Source of the DNA: Synechococcus sp.
GTDB lineage: Bacteria > Cyanobacteriota > Cyanobacteriia > PCC-6307 > Cyanobiaceae
Direction: 5' to 3'
Length of the DNA stretch: 64,000 nucleotides
Assembly (NCBI GenBank): GCA_047284725.1
Contig: JBJBEO010000001.1
Coordinates: 128,001 to 192,000 of the forward strand
Part shown: in pieces, positions 48,036 to 58,015 of the stretch
How positions within the stretch are numbered: the first letter of the stretch is position 1
Layout: the number at the start of each line of letters is the position of its first letter
Translations under genes and position numbers: made by a program
Notes under the pieces: generated by a model
What the model was told of the DNA's origin: nothing
What the model saw: the letters and a program-made list of their open reading frames with translations, nothing else
Databases searched by the model: none

Positions 48036-48785
48036 ATGACTTCCACCCCACCTGTGGATGCAGACCCCAACTCCGCTGCCGACGCGAGCCATCCGGCACC
48101 TCGGCTGCTGCTCGTCGACGATGAGCCAGGTCTGCGCACGGCGGTGCAGGCCTATCTCGAAGACGAAGGGTTTCAGGTGACCACGGCGGTGGATGGGCTG
48201 GATGGCTGGGAAAAGGCTCAGCAGCAGATGCCCGATCTGGTGATCAGCGACGTGATGATGCCCCGCTGCGATGGCTACGGGTTGCTTGAGAAGTTGCGGG
48301 CGGATGAACGCCTCGGGGGCACCCCGGTGATCTTTCTCACCGCCAAGGGCATGACGGCCGATCGCACCCAGGGCTATCTCGCCGGGGTCGACGATTACAT
48401 CCCCAAACCCTTTGACCCCGATGAGCTGGTGGCTCGGGTGCGCAATGTGGTGCGCCGCCAGGATCGCCTGCTCACCGAAGCCGCCCGTTTTGCGGATGCT
48501 GATGTGGGACAGATGGCCCGCCAGATCAGTGAGATCCGTTCGATGCTGTCGGGCAGTGGCGACGCGGCCGCCGCGCCGGACACCCCTCAGCTCAGTTTCA
48601 CGCCGCGGGAAGCGAGTGTGCTTCAGCTGGTGGCGGAAGGGTTGATGAACAAGGAAATCGCCCGCCAGCTGGAAACCTCCATCCGCAACGTGGAGAAATA
48701 CGTGAGCCGCCTGTTCATCAAGACCGGCACCTCCAGCCGCACGGAATTGGTGCGGTTTGCCTTGCAGCATCATCTGGTGGAGTAA
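48036..48785 (+). CDS. NarL/LuxR-family response regulator (Ycf29-like)
   Basis: LLVDDE, ISDVMMP, FLTAK, KPFD; HTH segment TPREASVL...GLMNKEIA. Confidence 0.93.
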   Translation: MTSTPPVDADPNSAADASHPAPRLLLVDDEPGLRTAVQAYLEDEGFQVTTAVDGLDGWEKAQQQMPDLVISDVMMPRCDGYGLLEKLRADERLGGTPVIFLTAKGMTADRTQGYLAGVDDYIPKPFDPDELVARVRNVVRRQDRLLTEAARFADADVGQMARQISEIRSMLSGSGDAAAAPDTPQLSFTPREASVLQLVAEGLMNKEIARQLETSIRNVEKYVSRLFIKTGTSSRTELVRFALQHHLVE

Positions 48786-48787
48786 CG

Positions 48788-49777
48788 ATGGCGCCGATGG
48801 ATGCGGTGCCAGCCGGATGGCGTCCGGCGGCCTTCAACCAGGGCTGGACCTATCACGATCAGATCCGCGCCGATGAGGGGGGCCAGTGGCTCACGCAGCT
48901 GATGAGTCGCCGCCATCCCCATTCCACTGCGGCGCAATGGCAACAGCGTTTGGAGGCTGGCCAGCTGCTGCGTAACGGCCTCCGCTTGGGCGGTGATGTG
49001 CAGCTCGCGCGCGGTGATCGCATCAGCTGGGAGCGTCCCCCATGGCGCGAGGCAGCCGTACCGGATCGGTGGCAGGTGATCCTGGATGATGGCGACCTGT
49101 TGGTGCTCAACAAACCCTCAGGACTGCCGGTGATGCCAGGTGGTGGCTTTCTTCAGCACACCCTCGCGTCTCTGCTGGAGCAGCGCAGCCGGGCGGCGGG
49201 AGAGGGGCAGGCTCCAAAGCCGATTCATCGTCTTGGTCGCTTCACCTCGGGGTTGCAGGTGTGCGCGCGGCGTCCACAGACTCGCGCTCGTCTGTCCCGT
49301 GCGTTCACCCCTGCGGGCGGGTGCAGCAAGCTTTATCAGGCCTGGAGCCATCGCGTTGAGGCGTTGGTGTCGGGACGCCCCCTTGTGGTGCAGACCGATG
49401 TCGTGGAACGGTCCCATCCTTTGCTCGGGTGGATCTGGGGGCCGGAACCCGCCGGGGACGAGCCGGTGCGACGACGGCTCACGGCTCGCTCGGAGCTCAG
49501 CCTGTTGTCCCGCCGTTCCCATGGGGATCTCCTCCAGGTGGCGATCACCACCGGTCGTCCCCATCAGATCCGCATCCATCTCGCCCAGTTGGGCTGTCCA
49601 CTGCTGAGCGATCCGCTGTATCGCGCTGACCGGGGGCTGCAGCCGCAGGCCACGCCAGGTGACGGTGGCTACCACTTGCATGCCTGGCGGTTGCAGGGAC
49701 TGCCTGGACCGGGCGATCGCACCTTGCGGCTGGAAGCCCCGCCCCCTGACGCCTTTGGTCGGCGGTTAGGAGGCTGA
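48788..49777 (+). CDS. RluA-family pseudouridine synthase-like protein lacking the catalytic Asp
   Basis: LNKPSGL, IHRLGRFTSG, TGRPHQIRIHLA, LHAW. Confidence 0.88.
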   Translation: MAPMDAVPAGWRPAAFNQGWTYHDQIRADEGGQWLTQLMSRRHPHSTAAQWQQRLEAGQLLRNGLRLGGDVQLARGDRISWERPPWREAAVPDRWQVILDDGDLLVLNKPSGLPVMPGGGFLQHTLASLLEQRSRAAGEGQAPKPIHRLGRFTSGLQVCARRPQTRARLSRAFTPAGGCSKLYQAWSHRVEALVSGRPLVVQTDVVERSHPLLGWIWGPEPAGDEPVRRRLTARSELSLLSRRSHGDLLQVAITTGRPHQIRIHLAQLGCPLLSDPLYRADRGLQPQATPGDGGYHLHAWRLQGLPGPGDRTLRLEAPPPDAFGRRLGG

Positions 49778-50536
49778 CGTCCGCAGGGCCGCAAGCACCA
49801 GCGCCAGGGTGAGACCGCTGAGCCCGCAGCTGCCCAGCGTCCAGCGCCTCTGCCAGCGACGCAGGCTGCTGCTGAAGGCTTCCTCGCTGCCCCGTTTGAC
49901 CACAAACAGTCCGCTGCTCGGCGGGGCTTCCAATTGCAGGGAACCACCTGCATCACTGCAGCTGGCCACCACGAAGACCTGGCTTTGAGGGCGAAGGATC
50001 GCCTCTTCGCGGCGAATGCCGATCACGCGCCTGCCATGGCTGCCGTTGTGGTTCGGGGGGTTTACCTCAGACAACACGGTTTCCAGATCCAGGTCCGCTC
50101 CTTGGGGATTCACGCTGATGCCCTGGTTCCCCTGCTCGAGCTCGAAGCGACAGTGCTGCTGATCACGATTGAGCACTTCGTCGCGGCGTTCCCAGGTCCA
50201 TTCCGTTTGTTGCTCGCCATCGCTGTCGGTTGTGGTGGTTTGCTTCTGCACCTCCACCAGTGCAGTGGTTGTGGCGCAGAACGCCACGCAGCTCTGGCCT
50301 GTCCAGGGCGAGGTGAGGGGGGCTCCACAACGGATGGTGCCGCTCAGCTTCACCACATCTCGGAAGGCTCCAGCCCCCAGCTCGTTCACGACCGTTGCGT
50401 GAACATCGATCAACGCGTTCACGCTTGTCGCCCTGGCCTGGAGCAGCTGGGAGAGCTTGCGGGCCTGCTGGCGCCGTCCCAGGCCACAGCCCACGGCTGC
50501 CAAGGCGCTCACCAGAGCTGCAATCCACCATCCCAT
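49766..50536 (-). CDS. GIDE-domain-like membrane protein
   Basis: N- and C-terminal TM segments; VKLSGTI...LTSP.TGQSCV...REEAIL pattern. Confidence 0.6.
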   Translation of the reverse strand: MGWWIAALVSALAAVGCGLGRRQQARKLSQLLQARATSVNALIDVHATVVNELGAGAFRDVVKLSGTIRCGAPLTSPWTGQSCVAFCATTTALVEVQKQTTTTDSDGEQQTEWTWERRDEVLNRDQQHCRFELEQGNQGISVNPQGADLDLETVLSEVNPPNHNGSHGRRVIGIRREEAILRPQSQVFVVASCSDAGGSLQLEAPPSSGLFVVKRGSEEAFSSSLRRWQRRWTLGSCGLSGLTLALVLAALRTSAS

Positions 50537-50671
50537 CGCTCAGAACGCCTCGACGTCACCTCAAGCTTTTCAGGTTGTTCGGTCTTGGCTCGGGCCTGCG
50601 CTTTTCCTCCCCTTGTTCTTCCTCCGTCGGCTGCCTAGAACAAATCCAAGCCTGGTTCGCTGCTCATCTCC

Positions 50672-51838
50672 ATGCCTGATTCAGCCCCGGCTTGGCTGCT
50701 TCACCTGCGGCGATGGCAAGACGCGGGTCTGCTTGATGACGCTGTGGCCACGTCAATCGTGGCCTGGGAACAGCAGCACTGTGAGGGCCCTTCGGCTGAA
50801 CCACAGCCTGCGCTGACCTGGCCAGTGCGGCTGTTGGTTCTGGTGGGCGCCCTGCTTCTTGCCGCCGGCGTGCTGTTGTTTGTCGCGGCCCATTGGGATC
50901 AGCTGTCACCCCTCAGTCGCTTTGGCCTGGTCTGGCTGTGCACCGTGGCGATGCATCTCGGAGGCCACTGGTTTTCTCGGCGTCTGCCGGTGATGTCCAA
51001 GGGCCTGCATGCGGTCGGGACCGTCAGCCTCGGGGCGGGAGTGTTCCTCTGCGCGCAGATTTTTCACCTCGAGGTCAGCTGGTCGCTCCGTTGGGGTCTG
51101 TTGCTGTGGTCACTGGCGGCGGCGGCCGGCTGGTGGCTGCTGCGTCAGGGGCCGCAGCTGGTGCTGCTCAGTTTGCTGTTGCCCGGATGGCTGGGGGTGC
51201 TGCTGGCCCTGGAGCTGGAGCGGTTTGATCCGGCGTTGAACACCTCGGTGTGGTTGCCTTGGTTGGTGGGCAGTGTGCTGTTGGCCCTCACCTATTTCAC
51301 GGCGCCCATGCGACCTGTGGCCAGCCCCTCCCAGCGCGTGTTGCTGTGGGTGGGCGGTCTTCTGTTGCCTCCGGGACTGATCCTGTTGTTGTTCACGGCG
51401 TCCTCCACAGCGCCACTGCCATGGCCGACCGGCTGGCCCATGCTGCTGGCCTGGGGGCTCATGCTGGGTCTGCCCATGCTGCTGGCCTGGCTGTTGCGCC
51501 GCCATCGCGCCTGGCCGTTGGCCCTGGCACTGGTGTGGATTCTCGTGGCCCTGCAGGTGCAGGGGCCGACGCTCACAGCACTCTTTTTTCTGTGGTGGGG
51601 GCTTGGTGCCATCGGTCTGATGGCGTGGGGAACGGTCGAAGCCCGTGCCGAAAGGATCAATGCCGGCACGGCCTTGTTCGCCATCACCTTGATCGGCTTT
51701 TACATCGCTGAAGTGATGGGTCGCCTGGAGCGCTCGTTGAGCCTGCTCGGGTTGGGGTTGTTGTTTCTGGCGGGGGGATGGGGGTTGAACCGTCTGCGTC
51801 GATCGCTTCTGCCCGTTCGGGAGGTCAGGCCCCAATGA
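50672..51838 (+). CDS. DUF2157 family membrane protein
   Basis: RWQDAGLLD, GVLLFVAAHWDQL, AQIFHL; many TM segments. Confidence 0.85.
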   Translation: MPDSAPAWLLHLRRWQDAGLLDDAVATSIVAWEQQHCEGPSAEPQPALTWPVRLLVLVGALLLAAGVLLFVAAHWDQLSPLSRFGLVWLCTVAMHLGGHWFSRRLPVMSKGLHAVGTVSLGAGVFLCAQIFHLEVSWSLRWGLLLWSLAAAAGWWLLRQGPQLVLLSLLLPGWLGVLLALELERFDPALNTSVWLPWLVGSVLLALTYFTAPMRPVASPSQRVLLWVGGLLLPPGLILLLFTASSTAPLPWPTGWPMLLAWGLMLGLPMLLAWLLRRHRAWPLALALVWILVALQVQGPTLTALFFLWWGLGAIGLMAWGTVEARAERINAGTALFAITLIGFYIAEVMGRLERSLSLLGLGLLFLAGGWGLNRLRRSLLPVREVRPQ

Positions 51839-52341
51839 TCAGGTGGCGTTCAGGGGTGTGTCTGGCGCTGCTCCAAGGCGCCCTGCTCGTGTCGGTTGGG
51901 TTGGGCTTCTGGATGGAGCGCCTCACCTCACCGCGGCTCTGGGCCCTGGTGCAACCGGTGGATCCCAATCTGCCGATTCGTGGGCGCTATGTAAGCCTGC
52001 GTTTGCTGGTGCCACTGTTGGGAGCCGAGGCGCCTGCCTCCGCAACACAGTCCCCGCCGAAGACGGTCATCCTGCAGGCGCAGGATGACCGGCTGGTGGC
52101 TCGAGACCGTGGGGAGGGGGAGCGGTATCCCGCCCAGTTGGTCCATCGGGATGGCCAGGTCCTGGTGAGGTTGACGGAGCCTCTGGCCCTGTTCATTCCG
52201 CCCGATGTGAAGGATCCGTCACGCCGTCCGTCGACGGATCCGCTCTGGGTTGAGGTGACGTTGCCTCGGCATGGTCCGCCCCGTCCGATTCAGCTGGGTG
52301 TGCTCCGTGAAGGTCGGGTTCAGCCGATGAGTTTGCGTTGA
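51835..52341 (+). CDS. GDYXXLXY domain protein
   Basis: PVDPNLPIRGRYVSL; ATGA overlap with the DUF2157 gene. Confidence 0.75.
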   Translation: MIRWRSGVCLALLQGALLVSVGLGFWMERLTSPRLWALVQPVDPNLPIRGRYVSLRLLVPLLGAEAPASATQSPPKTVILQAQDDRLVARDRGEGERYPAQLVHRDGQVLVRLTEPLALFIPPDVKDPSRRPSTDPLWVEVTLPRHGPPRPIQLGVLREGRVQPMSLR

Positions 52342-52344
52342 GCC

Positions 52345-53058
52345 TCAGGCCTTGCGGAACTCGATCAGACGGGAGAAATAGAAGGGGGCCTGGTTGAGGC
52401 TGCGGCGCACCAGCTTGAAGCCGCAGGCTTCGGCCGCCGCCACGATGCCTGCTTCCTTCAGGGTGTAGGCCCGGGTGGTTTTGCTCGGTCCGGGGAAGAG
52501 CTGGCCGATGCCTTTGAGCAGGGCCAGCAGCGGGGTGTAGGGGGCGAAGCTCACAATCAGGCGCTCTTCACTGAGGCGGCACAGGTGCTTCACCATCTCC
52601 TCGGCTGGTTCCTGGGGGTAGTGGATGAACACGTCCAGGCAGCAGACGGTGTGGAAGGAGCCGCTGATGCTCTCCAGGTCGGAGGCGCTGAAGCTGAGCT
52701 TGCCCATGTCGAGGCCGGCCTCGCGCGCCCGGCGGTCCGCTTCCTGGGCCATGGCTTCGGAGATGTCGCTGGCGGTGATTGATCCGGCGCCCATCGCGGC
52801 CAGGGGCAGGCTGAGGCTGCCCACGCCGCAGCCTGCGTCGCAGAAGCTCACATCCCTGAGTTCGCCGCTGTCCTGGATCCAGCTCAGCACTTCATCCACG
52901 GTTTTCTGATGGCCGATGCGGATGTTGCGCTGCACCTTGTTGACATCGTCGGATTCGCTGTAGATCCGATTCCAGCGATCAAAGCCGGTGGTTTCGAAGT
53001 AGCCCTTCACCTCCTGCTTTTCGGTCTGCTTGTCGTTCAGCAGCTGCTCGGGAGCCAT
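52345..53058 (-). CDS. chlM: Mg-protoporphyrin IX methyltransferase
   Basis: GFDRWNRIY, CDAGCGVGSL, CLDVFIHYP, FPGPSKTTRAY. Confidence 0.96.
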   Translation of the reverse strand: MAPEQLLNDKQTEKQEVKGYFETTGFDRWNRIYSESDDVNKVQRNIRIGHQKTVDEVLSWIQDSGELRDVSFCDAGCGVGSLSLPLAAMGAGSITASDISEAMAQEADRRAREAGLDMGKLSFSASDLESISGSFHTVCCLDVFIHYPQEPAEEMVKHLCRLSEERLIVSFAPYTPLLALLKGIGQLFPGPSKTTRAYTLKEAGIVAAAEACGFKLVRRSLNQAPFYFSRLIEFRKA

Positions 53059-53089
53059 GGGAAGGGGTGGAGTGAATCGGCAAGGGATC

Positions 53090-54256
53090 CTAGGCAGCGT
53101 GCCGCCAATGGAGCCGGCAGGCGTCTGCGCTCCAGTGCCAGCGCAGCAACCCGTGCAGAGGCTGCCCGATCAGGGTGGTCAGCGGATCGAACTCTGCGCC
53201 ATTGGCCAGCAGCTGTCGGGGCGCCACCGTCGCGGCCCAGATCGAGGCCTCGGGCTGTTGTCCCCAGCCCGCCAGGCGGGAGGCTCCCTCCAGGAGTGGC
53301 AGGGTGACTCCCGCCAGCGTGCCGTCTTCGAGCCTGCAGGTGCCCTGCTCAACCAGAAGCATCCGGTCATCCCAGCGATGCGGTCCATCGGCGAGCCCGT
53401 ACGGCGCCAGGGCATCACTCACCAGCACCAATTGATCGCCCGCCAGTTGTTGCAGGAGCACGGCCATGGTGGGGTGCACATGCACGCCATCGGCAATCAA
53501 TCCCAGGGCGATCGTGCCCCTCCGGCAAGCCTCCCCCACCGGCCCAGGGGCACGGTGATGCAGGCCTGGCATGGCGTTGAAGGCGTGGGTCAGCATTCCG
53601 ACGCCGTCGTCGAAGGCGTTGCCGGCTTGATCGGCAGTGGCGGTGCTGTGGCCGAGGGCCACTTGGATCCGGAGATCCCGCAAGCGCTTGATCACGGCGT
53701 CGGCACCGTTCAGCTCCGGTGCCAGCGTCACCAGGGCGATCTCCGTCTCAAAACCGTTGATCCGTTCAGCCAGAGCCGCCGGACTGGGGGCGCAGAGATG
53801 CTCAGACGGATGGGCGCCTCGGCGGGCTTCCGCCAGGAAAGGCCCTTCCAGGTGGGCTCCCAGCAAGCGGCAGCGCCCAGGACGATGATGAGTTCTGGCA
53901 TCCCGCAGAACGGCGAGAGCTTGGCGCAACGGTCCGACACCGCAGGTCACCAGGGTGGGGCTGATGGCTTCCACGCCGTCCTGCCACAGTCGATCCAGCA
54001 GGTTCAGAAGCCCTGGCAGGTCATCGCTGGTGAGTTCGGGAAAGGCCAGCCCGAGCCCACCGTTGATCTGCAGATCGATCCCCATCGGACTGAGCCAGTC
54101 CTGTTGCCAATCGTCTGTCGCCGCTGGGCTGTCGCCCATCGGTTTAATGGCCGCGATGCGCTGCTGGTGATCGAGGTCGATGCACCAGAGGGCCGACGTG
54201 TTGCGGTCGCCTCCATCGGGCCGACGGGGCAGGCGGACGTTGGTGATCCGTCGCAT
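53090..54256 (-). CDS. nagA: N-acetylglucosamine-6-phosphate deacetylase
   Basis: DLQING, HLEGPF, TLAPE, GHS, THAFNAM, IADGVHV, LAG. Confidence 0.93.
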   Translation of the reverse strand: MRRITNVRLPRRPDGGDRNTSALWCIDLDHQQRIAAIKPMGDSPAATDDWQQDWLSPMGIDLQINGGLGLAFPELTSDDLPGLLNLLDRLWQDGVEAISPTLVTCGVGPLRQALAVLRDARTHHRPGRCRLLGAHLEGPFLAEARRGAHPSEHLCAPSPAALAERINGFETEIALVTLAPELNGADAVIKRLRDLRIQVALGHSTATADQAGNAFDDGVGMLTHAFNAMPGLHHRAPGPVGEACRRGTIALGLIADGVHVHPTMAVLLQQLAGDQLVLVSDALAPYGLADGPHRWDDRMLLVEQGTCRLEDGTLAGVTLPLLEGASRLAGWGQQPEASIWAATVAPRQLLANGAEFDPLTTLIGQPLHGLLRWHWSADACRLHWRHAA

Positions 54257-54289
54257 GGCAGAGGCCGGTGAAGGCGGTCATACGGGACG

Positions 54290-54883
54290 ATGACAGTCTC
54301 GCCAGTCCGCTCTTCCTCTGTCAGTCCCGTGACGTCTTCTTCCTCACCCGCCCCTGCCGTTCAGCCCCGGGTGGCGGTGATCATGGGCAGTGATTCCGAC
54401 CTTCCCACCCTTCATCCTGCGGTGAAGGCCCTTGAGGACCTTGGTGTGGGCGTGGAGGTGAGGGTGCTGTCGGCCCACCGCACGCCCCTGGAGATGGTGG
54501 CGTTTGCCCAGCAGGCCCGTGACCAGGGCTTTGGGGTGGTCGTTGCCGGTGCCGGTGGTGCGGCCCATTTGCCCGGCATGGTGGCGGCCCTCACCACGCT
54601 GCCGGTGATCGGTGTGCCGGTGCAGAGCAGGGCCCTCTCCGGGGTGGACTCCTTGCATTCGATCGTGCAGATGCCGGGCGGCATTCCCGTGGCCACGGTG
54701 GCCATCGGTGGAGGCCTCAATGCCGGGTTGCTGGCTGCCCAGATTCTGGCCGTGACCGATGCCGAGCTCAGTGCCCGGCTGCAGGCTTATCGGCAGACCC
54801 TCCATGACTCCGTGGTGGCCAAGGACGAGCGGCTGAAGCACCTCGGCGCCAGCGCCTACCTCGACGCCATGCCTGGCCATTGA
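54290..54883 (+). CDS. purE: N5-CAIR mutase
   Basis: [38 protein letters not shown]. Confidence 0.97.
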   Translation: MTVSPVRSSSVSPVTSSSSPAPAVQPRVAVIMGSDSDLPTLHPAVKALEDLGVGVEVRVLSAHRTPLEMVAFAQQARDQGFGVVVAGAGGAAHLPGMVAALTTLPVIGVPVQSRALSGVDSLHSIVQMPGGIPVATVAIGGGLNAGLLAAQILAVTDAELSARLQAYRQTLHDSVVAKDERLKHLGASAYLDAMPGH

Positions 54884-54888
54884 TCCCA

Positions 54889-54905
54889 CAGGCCTTGAAG
54901 GCCTG
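54889..54905. repeat. 8-bp inverted repeat downstream of purE
   Basis: CAGGCCTT-G-AAGGCCTG. Confidence 0.55.
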
Positions 54906-54922
54906 AGCACAATGGGGCGAAC

Positions 54923-55990
54923 GTGTCCGTCGCCATGCCCTGGCCTGTCTGGCTGCGCTGGTCTCTCGCTCTGCCGTTGGTCACGCTCAATCTCTATGCG
55001 TGCCGGCAGTTGCTGCTGCCCCTCGCGCCCTTCCCGGGGTTGTTCCTCACGGCGGCCCTGATTGCCTTCCTGCTCGATCTCCCCATCCGTTGGCTGATGG
55101 CCAAGGGCTTACCGCGCTGGTTGGCGATTCTTCTGGTGACTCTGGTCACCGTGGGATCCCTGGTCGTGGCGGGCATCACCCTGCTGCCACTGCTGATCAA
55201 CCAGTTGGCCCAGTTGATCAATGCTCTGCCTGGCTGGCTTGTGGAGGCAGACGCCTGGATCAATCGTTTGCAGGACTGGTCGGCGCACCGGGGATTGCCG
55301 AGCGATTTCGGTGATCTCAGCAGTGATCTGATCTCCCGGCTCAGCCGCGTGGCCAGTCAGTTCAGTCAGCGCCTGCTCAGCATCCTCGGCACCACTTTGA
55401 GCACCACGATCAACATCGTGATCGTGCTTGTGCTTGCGGTGTTTTTTCTCATCGGCGGCGAGGCAATCACCGCCGGCCTGGTGCGTTGGCTGCCTGATGG
55501 CTGGCGGGCGCTGGTGGTCACCACGATCACGCGCACGTTTCGGGGCTACTTCGCTGGCCAGGTGCTCTTAGCCCTCATCCTCAGTGTGGGTCAGATCGCC
55601 GTGTTCACGTTGCTGGGGATTCCCTATGGGGTGTTGTTCGCTGTGTTGATCGGGTTCACCACCTTGGTGCCCTATGCCAGCGCCCTCACGATCGTTGCGG
55701 TGAGTGCGCTGCTGGCTGTCCAGGATCCACGCACAGGTCTGGAGATTCTGGCGGCGGCCATCGGGGTCGGACAGATCGTCGACCAGGTGATCCAGCCGAA
55801 CCTGATGGGCAACCTGCTGGGCTTGCAGCCCGCCTGGTTGCTGATCGTTCTGCCCCTCGGCGCCAGGGCCGGAGATTTGTTTGGGTTCGGATCGCTGCTC
55901 GGCTTGCTGCTGGCCGTCCCGGCGGCCAGCTGCATCAAGACCTTTGCGGATGCCTGGCAGCAGGGCTCCATCAGCCCTGAGCCGGAATGA
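54923..55990 (+). CDS. AI-2E family transporter
   Basis: multi-TM; GYFAGQ, VPY, QVIQP.LMG..LGLQP, GLLLAVP. Confidence 0.88.
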   Translation: MSVAMPWPVWLRWSLALPLVTLNLYACRQLLLPLAPFPGLFLTAALIAFLLDLPIRWLMAKGLPRWLAILLVTLVTVGSLVVAGITLLPLLINQLAQLINALPGWLVEADAWINRLQDWSAHRGLPSDFGDLSSDLISRLSRVASQFSQRLLSILGTTLSTTINIVIVLVLAVFFLIGGEAITAGLVRWLPDGWRALVVTTITRTFRGYFAGQVLLALILSVGQIAVFTLLGIPYGVLFAVLIGFTTLVPYASALTIVAVSALLAVQDPRTGLEILAAAIGVGQIVDQVIQPNLMGNLLGLQPAWLLIVLPLGARAGDLFGFGSLLGLLLAVPAASCIKTFADAWQQGSISPEPE

Positions 55991-56618
55991 GCCCCCGCTC
56001 GATCAGGGCCTTCACCACCTGCTCCACGCAGGTCTCCAGGTTTGCCGCGCCTGTGTCAACGGCGAGTTCCGGGGACTCAGGTGCCTCGTAGGGACTGGAA
56101 ATGCCGGTGAATTCCTTGATCTCACCCGCCCGGGCTTTGGCATAGAGCCCTTTGGTGTCGCGCTCTTCGCACACGCTCAGGTCGGCGGCACAGAAGATCT
56201 CGATGAAATCGCCGTCCTCGACCAGGGCCCGGGCTTTGTCGCGGTCGGCCCGGAAAGGCGACACGAACGCGGTGAGCACGATCGCGCCGGAATCGAGGAA
56301 AAGCTTCGCCACTTCGCCGATGCGGCGAATGTTTTCCTCCCGGTCCGCATCGGAGAAGCCGAGGTCTTTGCACAGGCCGTGGCGAATGTTGTCGCCATCC
56401 AGCACGTAGGTGGCCAGCCCCCGTTCGAACAGGGCCTGGTTCACCGCATTGGCCAGGGTGCTTTTGCCGGCCCCACTCAGGCCTGTGAACCAGAGTATGG
56501 CGCTGCGATGGCCCCGTTGCTCCGCCCGGGCGGCTCGATCCACAGAGGCGTGGTGCCAGGCGATGTTGGTGGATGCGCCCTGGTCGGTGAGCTGGCCGTA
56601 GGTGGGCGAGGCAGGCAT
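55971..56618 (-). CDS. cysC: adenylyl-sulfate kinase
   Basis: [38 protein letters not shown]. Confidence 0.97.
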   Translation of the reverse strand: MPASPTYGQLTDQGASTNIAWHHASVDRAARAEQRGHRSAILWFTGLSGAGKSTLANAVNQALFERGLATYVLDGDNIRHGLCKDLGFSDADREENIRRIGEVAKLFLDSGAIVLTAFVSPFRADRDKARALVEDGDFIEIFCAADLSVCEERDTKGLYAKARAGEIKEFTGISSPYEAPESPELAVDTGAANLETCVEQVVKALIERGLIPAQG

Positions 56619-56649
56619 GGGCGGGGGCGAATCGGCTCGCCATTCTCCC

Positions 56650-56976
56650 TCAGCCGCCGGCGCGCTTGGGTCGATAGCCCTCGTTGCTCAGCAGTTCCAG
56701 CACCAGATCCACCTGATCCCCCTGCAGCTCCACCACGCCGTCCTTGGCGGTGCCGCCGCTGCCGATGCGGCTCTTCAGCTTCTTCAGCAGTGTTTTGAAG
56801 CCTGGGGCATCCAGTTCCAGCCCACGTATCACCGTGACGGTCTTACCGCCCCGTCCGCCGCGGGTGGGCTGGACCCGCACCTGCTGTTGCGCTTTCGGGG
56901 TCGGCTCCGCCGTTGGCCCGTTGGGGCGCTTCAGACTGTCGGCACTGCTGAATTCCTGCCAGCCTCCCTTCGACAT
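56650..56976 (-). CDS. translation initiation factor SUI1/YciH family
   Basis: [26 protein letters not shown]. Confidence 0.92.
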   Translation of the reverse strand: MSKGGWQEFSSADSLKRPNGPTAEPTPKAQQQVRVQPTRGGRGGKTVTVIRGLELDAPGFKTLLKKLKSRIGSGGTAKDGVVELQGDQVDLVLELLSNEGYRPKRAGG

Positions 56977-57016
56977 TGCCATCCCCAGCGATTCCTTCCA
57001 TCCTGCCGTTTCCGCG

Positions 57017-57976
57017 ATGACTGCCCCCGTCACAGCTCCTCAGTGGGCCGATTCCAGCCAGGGCCTCGGGCGCTGGATTGAACGCCTGATCGGTGTTGGG
57101 CTGCTGCGCAAGCCCCTGTTTTTCCAGGCTCGCCAGCTGATCATCCGCACAGCGGAACGCAACGGCATCCCCTGGCGTCAGCGCCGGTCGGAGTTGCAGC
57201 AGGCTGCAGCGCCCCTGCTGGCCTCCAGCACCAGCCCCGGCGTCAAGCCTCCCGATTACTACCGCGTGCGCTTTCACGCCTACGAGCAGGGCAACCTCTG
57301 CTGGCAGGCCGCAGCGGAGGCCGAACAGGCCACCGCTGCGATGGCACTGCGCGTCTGGCCAGATGAAAGGCTCACTCCCGAGGTGGCCCAGCAGCGCCTT
57401 CGGGATGCCATCCATGCTGCGGTGGAGCCCCTTCTGAACGGACCGGTGCATCAGGTGCTGGATCTGGGCTGTTCGGTGGGTGTGAGCACCCAGGCCCTGG
57501 CGCATTGGTTGCAGGCCCGGGCTGCGGCTCGAGGTGAGGCGTCTCCGCGCGTGGTGGGGCTCGATCTGTCTCCCGACATGCTGGCGGTCGCACGGGTGCG
57601 GGATCCCCAAGGCCTGGTGGCTGAATGGCGTCATGGTGCTGCGGAGCACACCGGGTTTGACGCAGGCTTGTTCGATCTGATCAGCCTTCAGTTTGTTTGC
57701 CATGAGTTGCCCCAGACCGCCACGCAGGCGGTGCTGGCAGAGGCGGCCCGACTGCTGCGGCCCGGTGGTGTTCTGGTGATGGTGGATCAGGATCCGGCGT
57801 CCTCGGTGCTCCAGACACTGCCGGCGCCGGTGGCCACCTTGCTCAAGAGCACCGAGCCCTACATCGAGGAGTATTTCGCTTTGCCGATGGAGGAGACCCT
57901 GGTGTCTGCCGGTTTCCATGGCCTGCAGGTGAGTGCCTGTGATCCGCGGCATCGTGTGATCGTCTGCTTACGCTGA
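57017..57976 (+). CDS. class I SAM-dependent methyltransferase
   Basis: FHAYEQGNL, LDLGCSVG, GLDLSP, HELP, LRPGG. Confidence 0.88.
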   Translation: MTAPVTAPQWADSSQGLGRWIERLIGVGLLRKPLFFQARQLIIRTAERNGIPWRQRRSELQQAAAPLLASSTSPGVKPPDYYRVRFHAYEQGNLCWQAAAEAEQATAAMALRVWPDERLTPEVAQQRLRDAIHAAVEPLLNGPVHQVLDLGCSVGVSTQALAHWLQARAAARGEASPRVVGLDLSPDMLAVARVRDPQGLVAEWRHGAAEHTGFDAGLFDLISLQFVCHELPQTATQAVLAEAARLLRPGGVLVMVDQDPASSVLQTLPAPVATLLKSTEPYIEEYFALPMEETLVSAGFHGLQVSACDPRHRVIVCLR

Positions 57977-58015
57977 CCCAACGCTTCAGCGGCCGTAGAC
58001 GCGGTCAGTTGCTCT

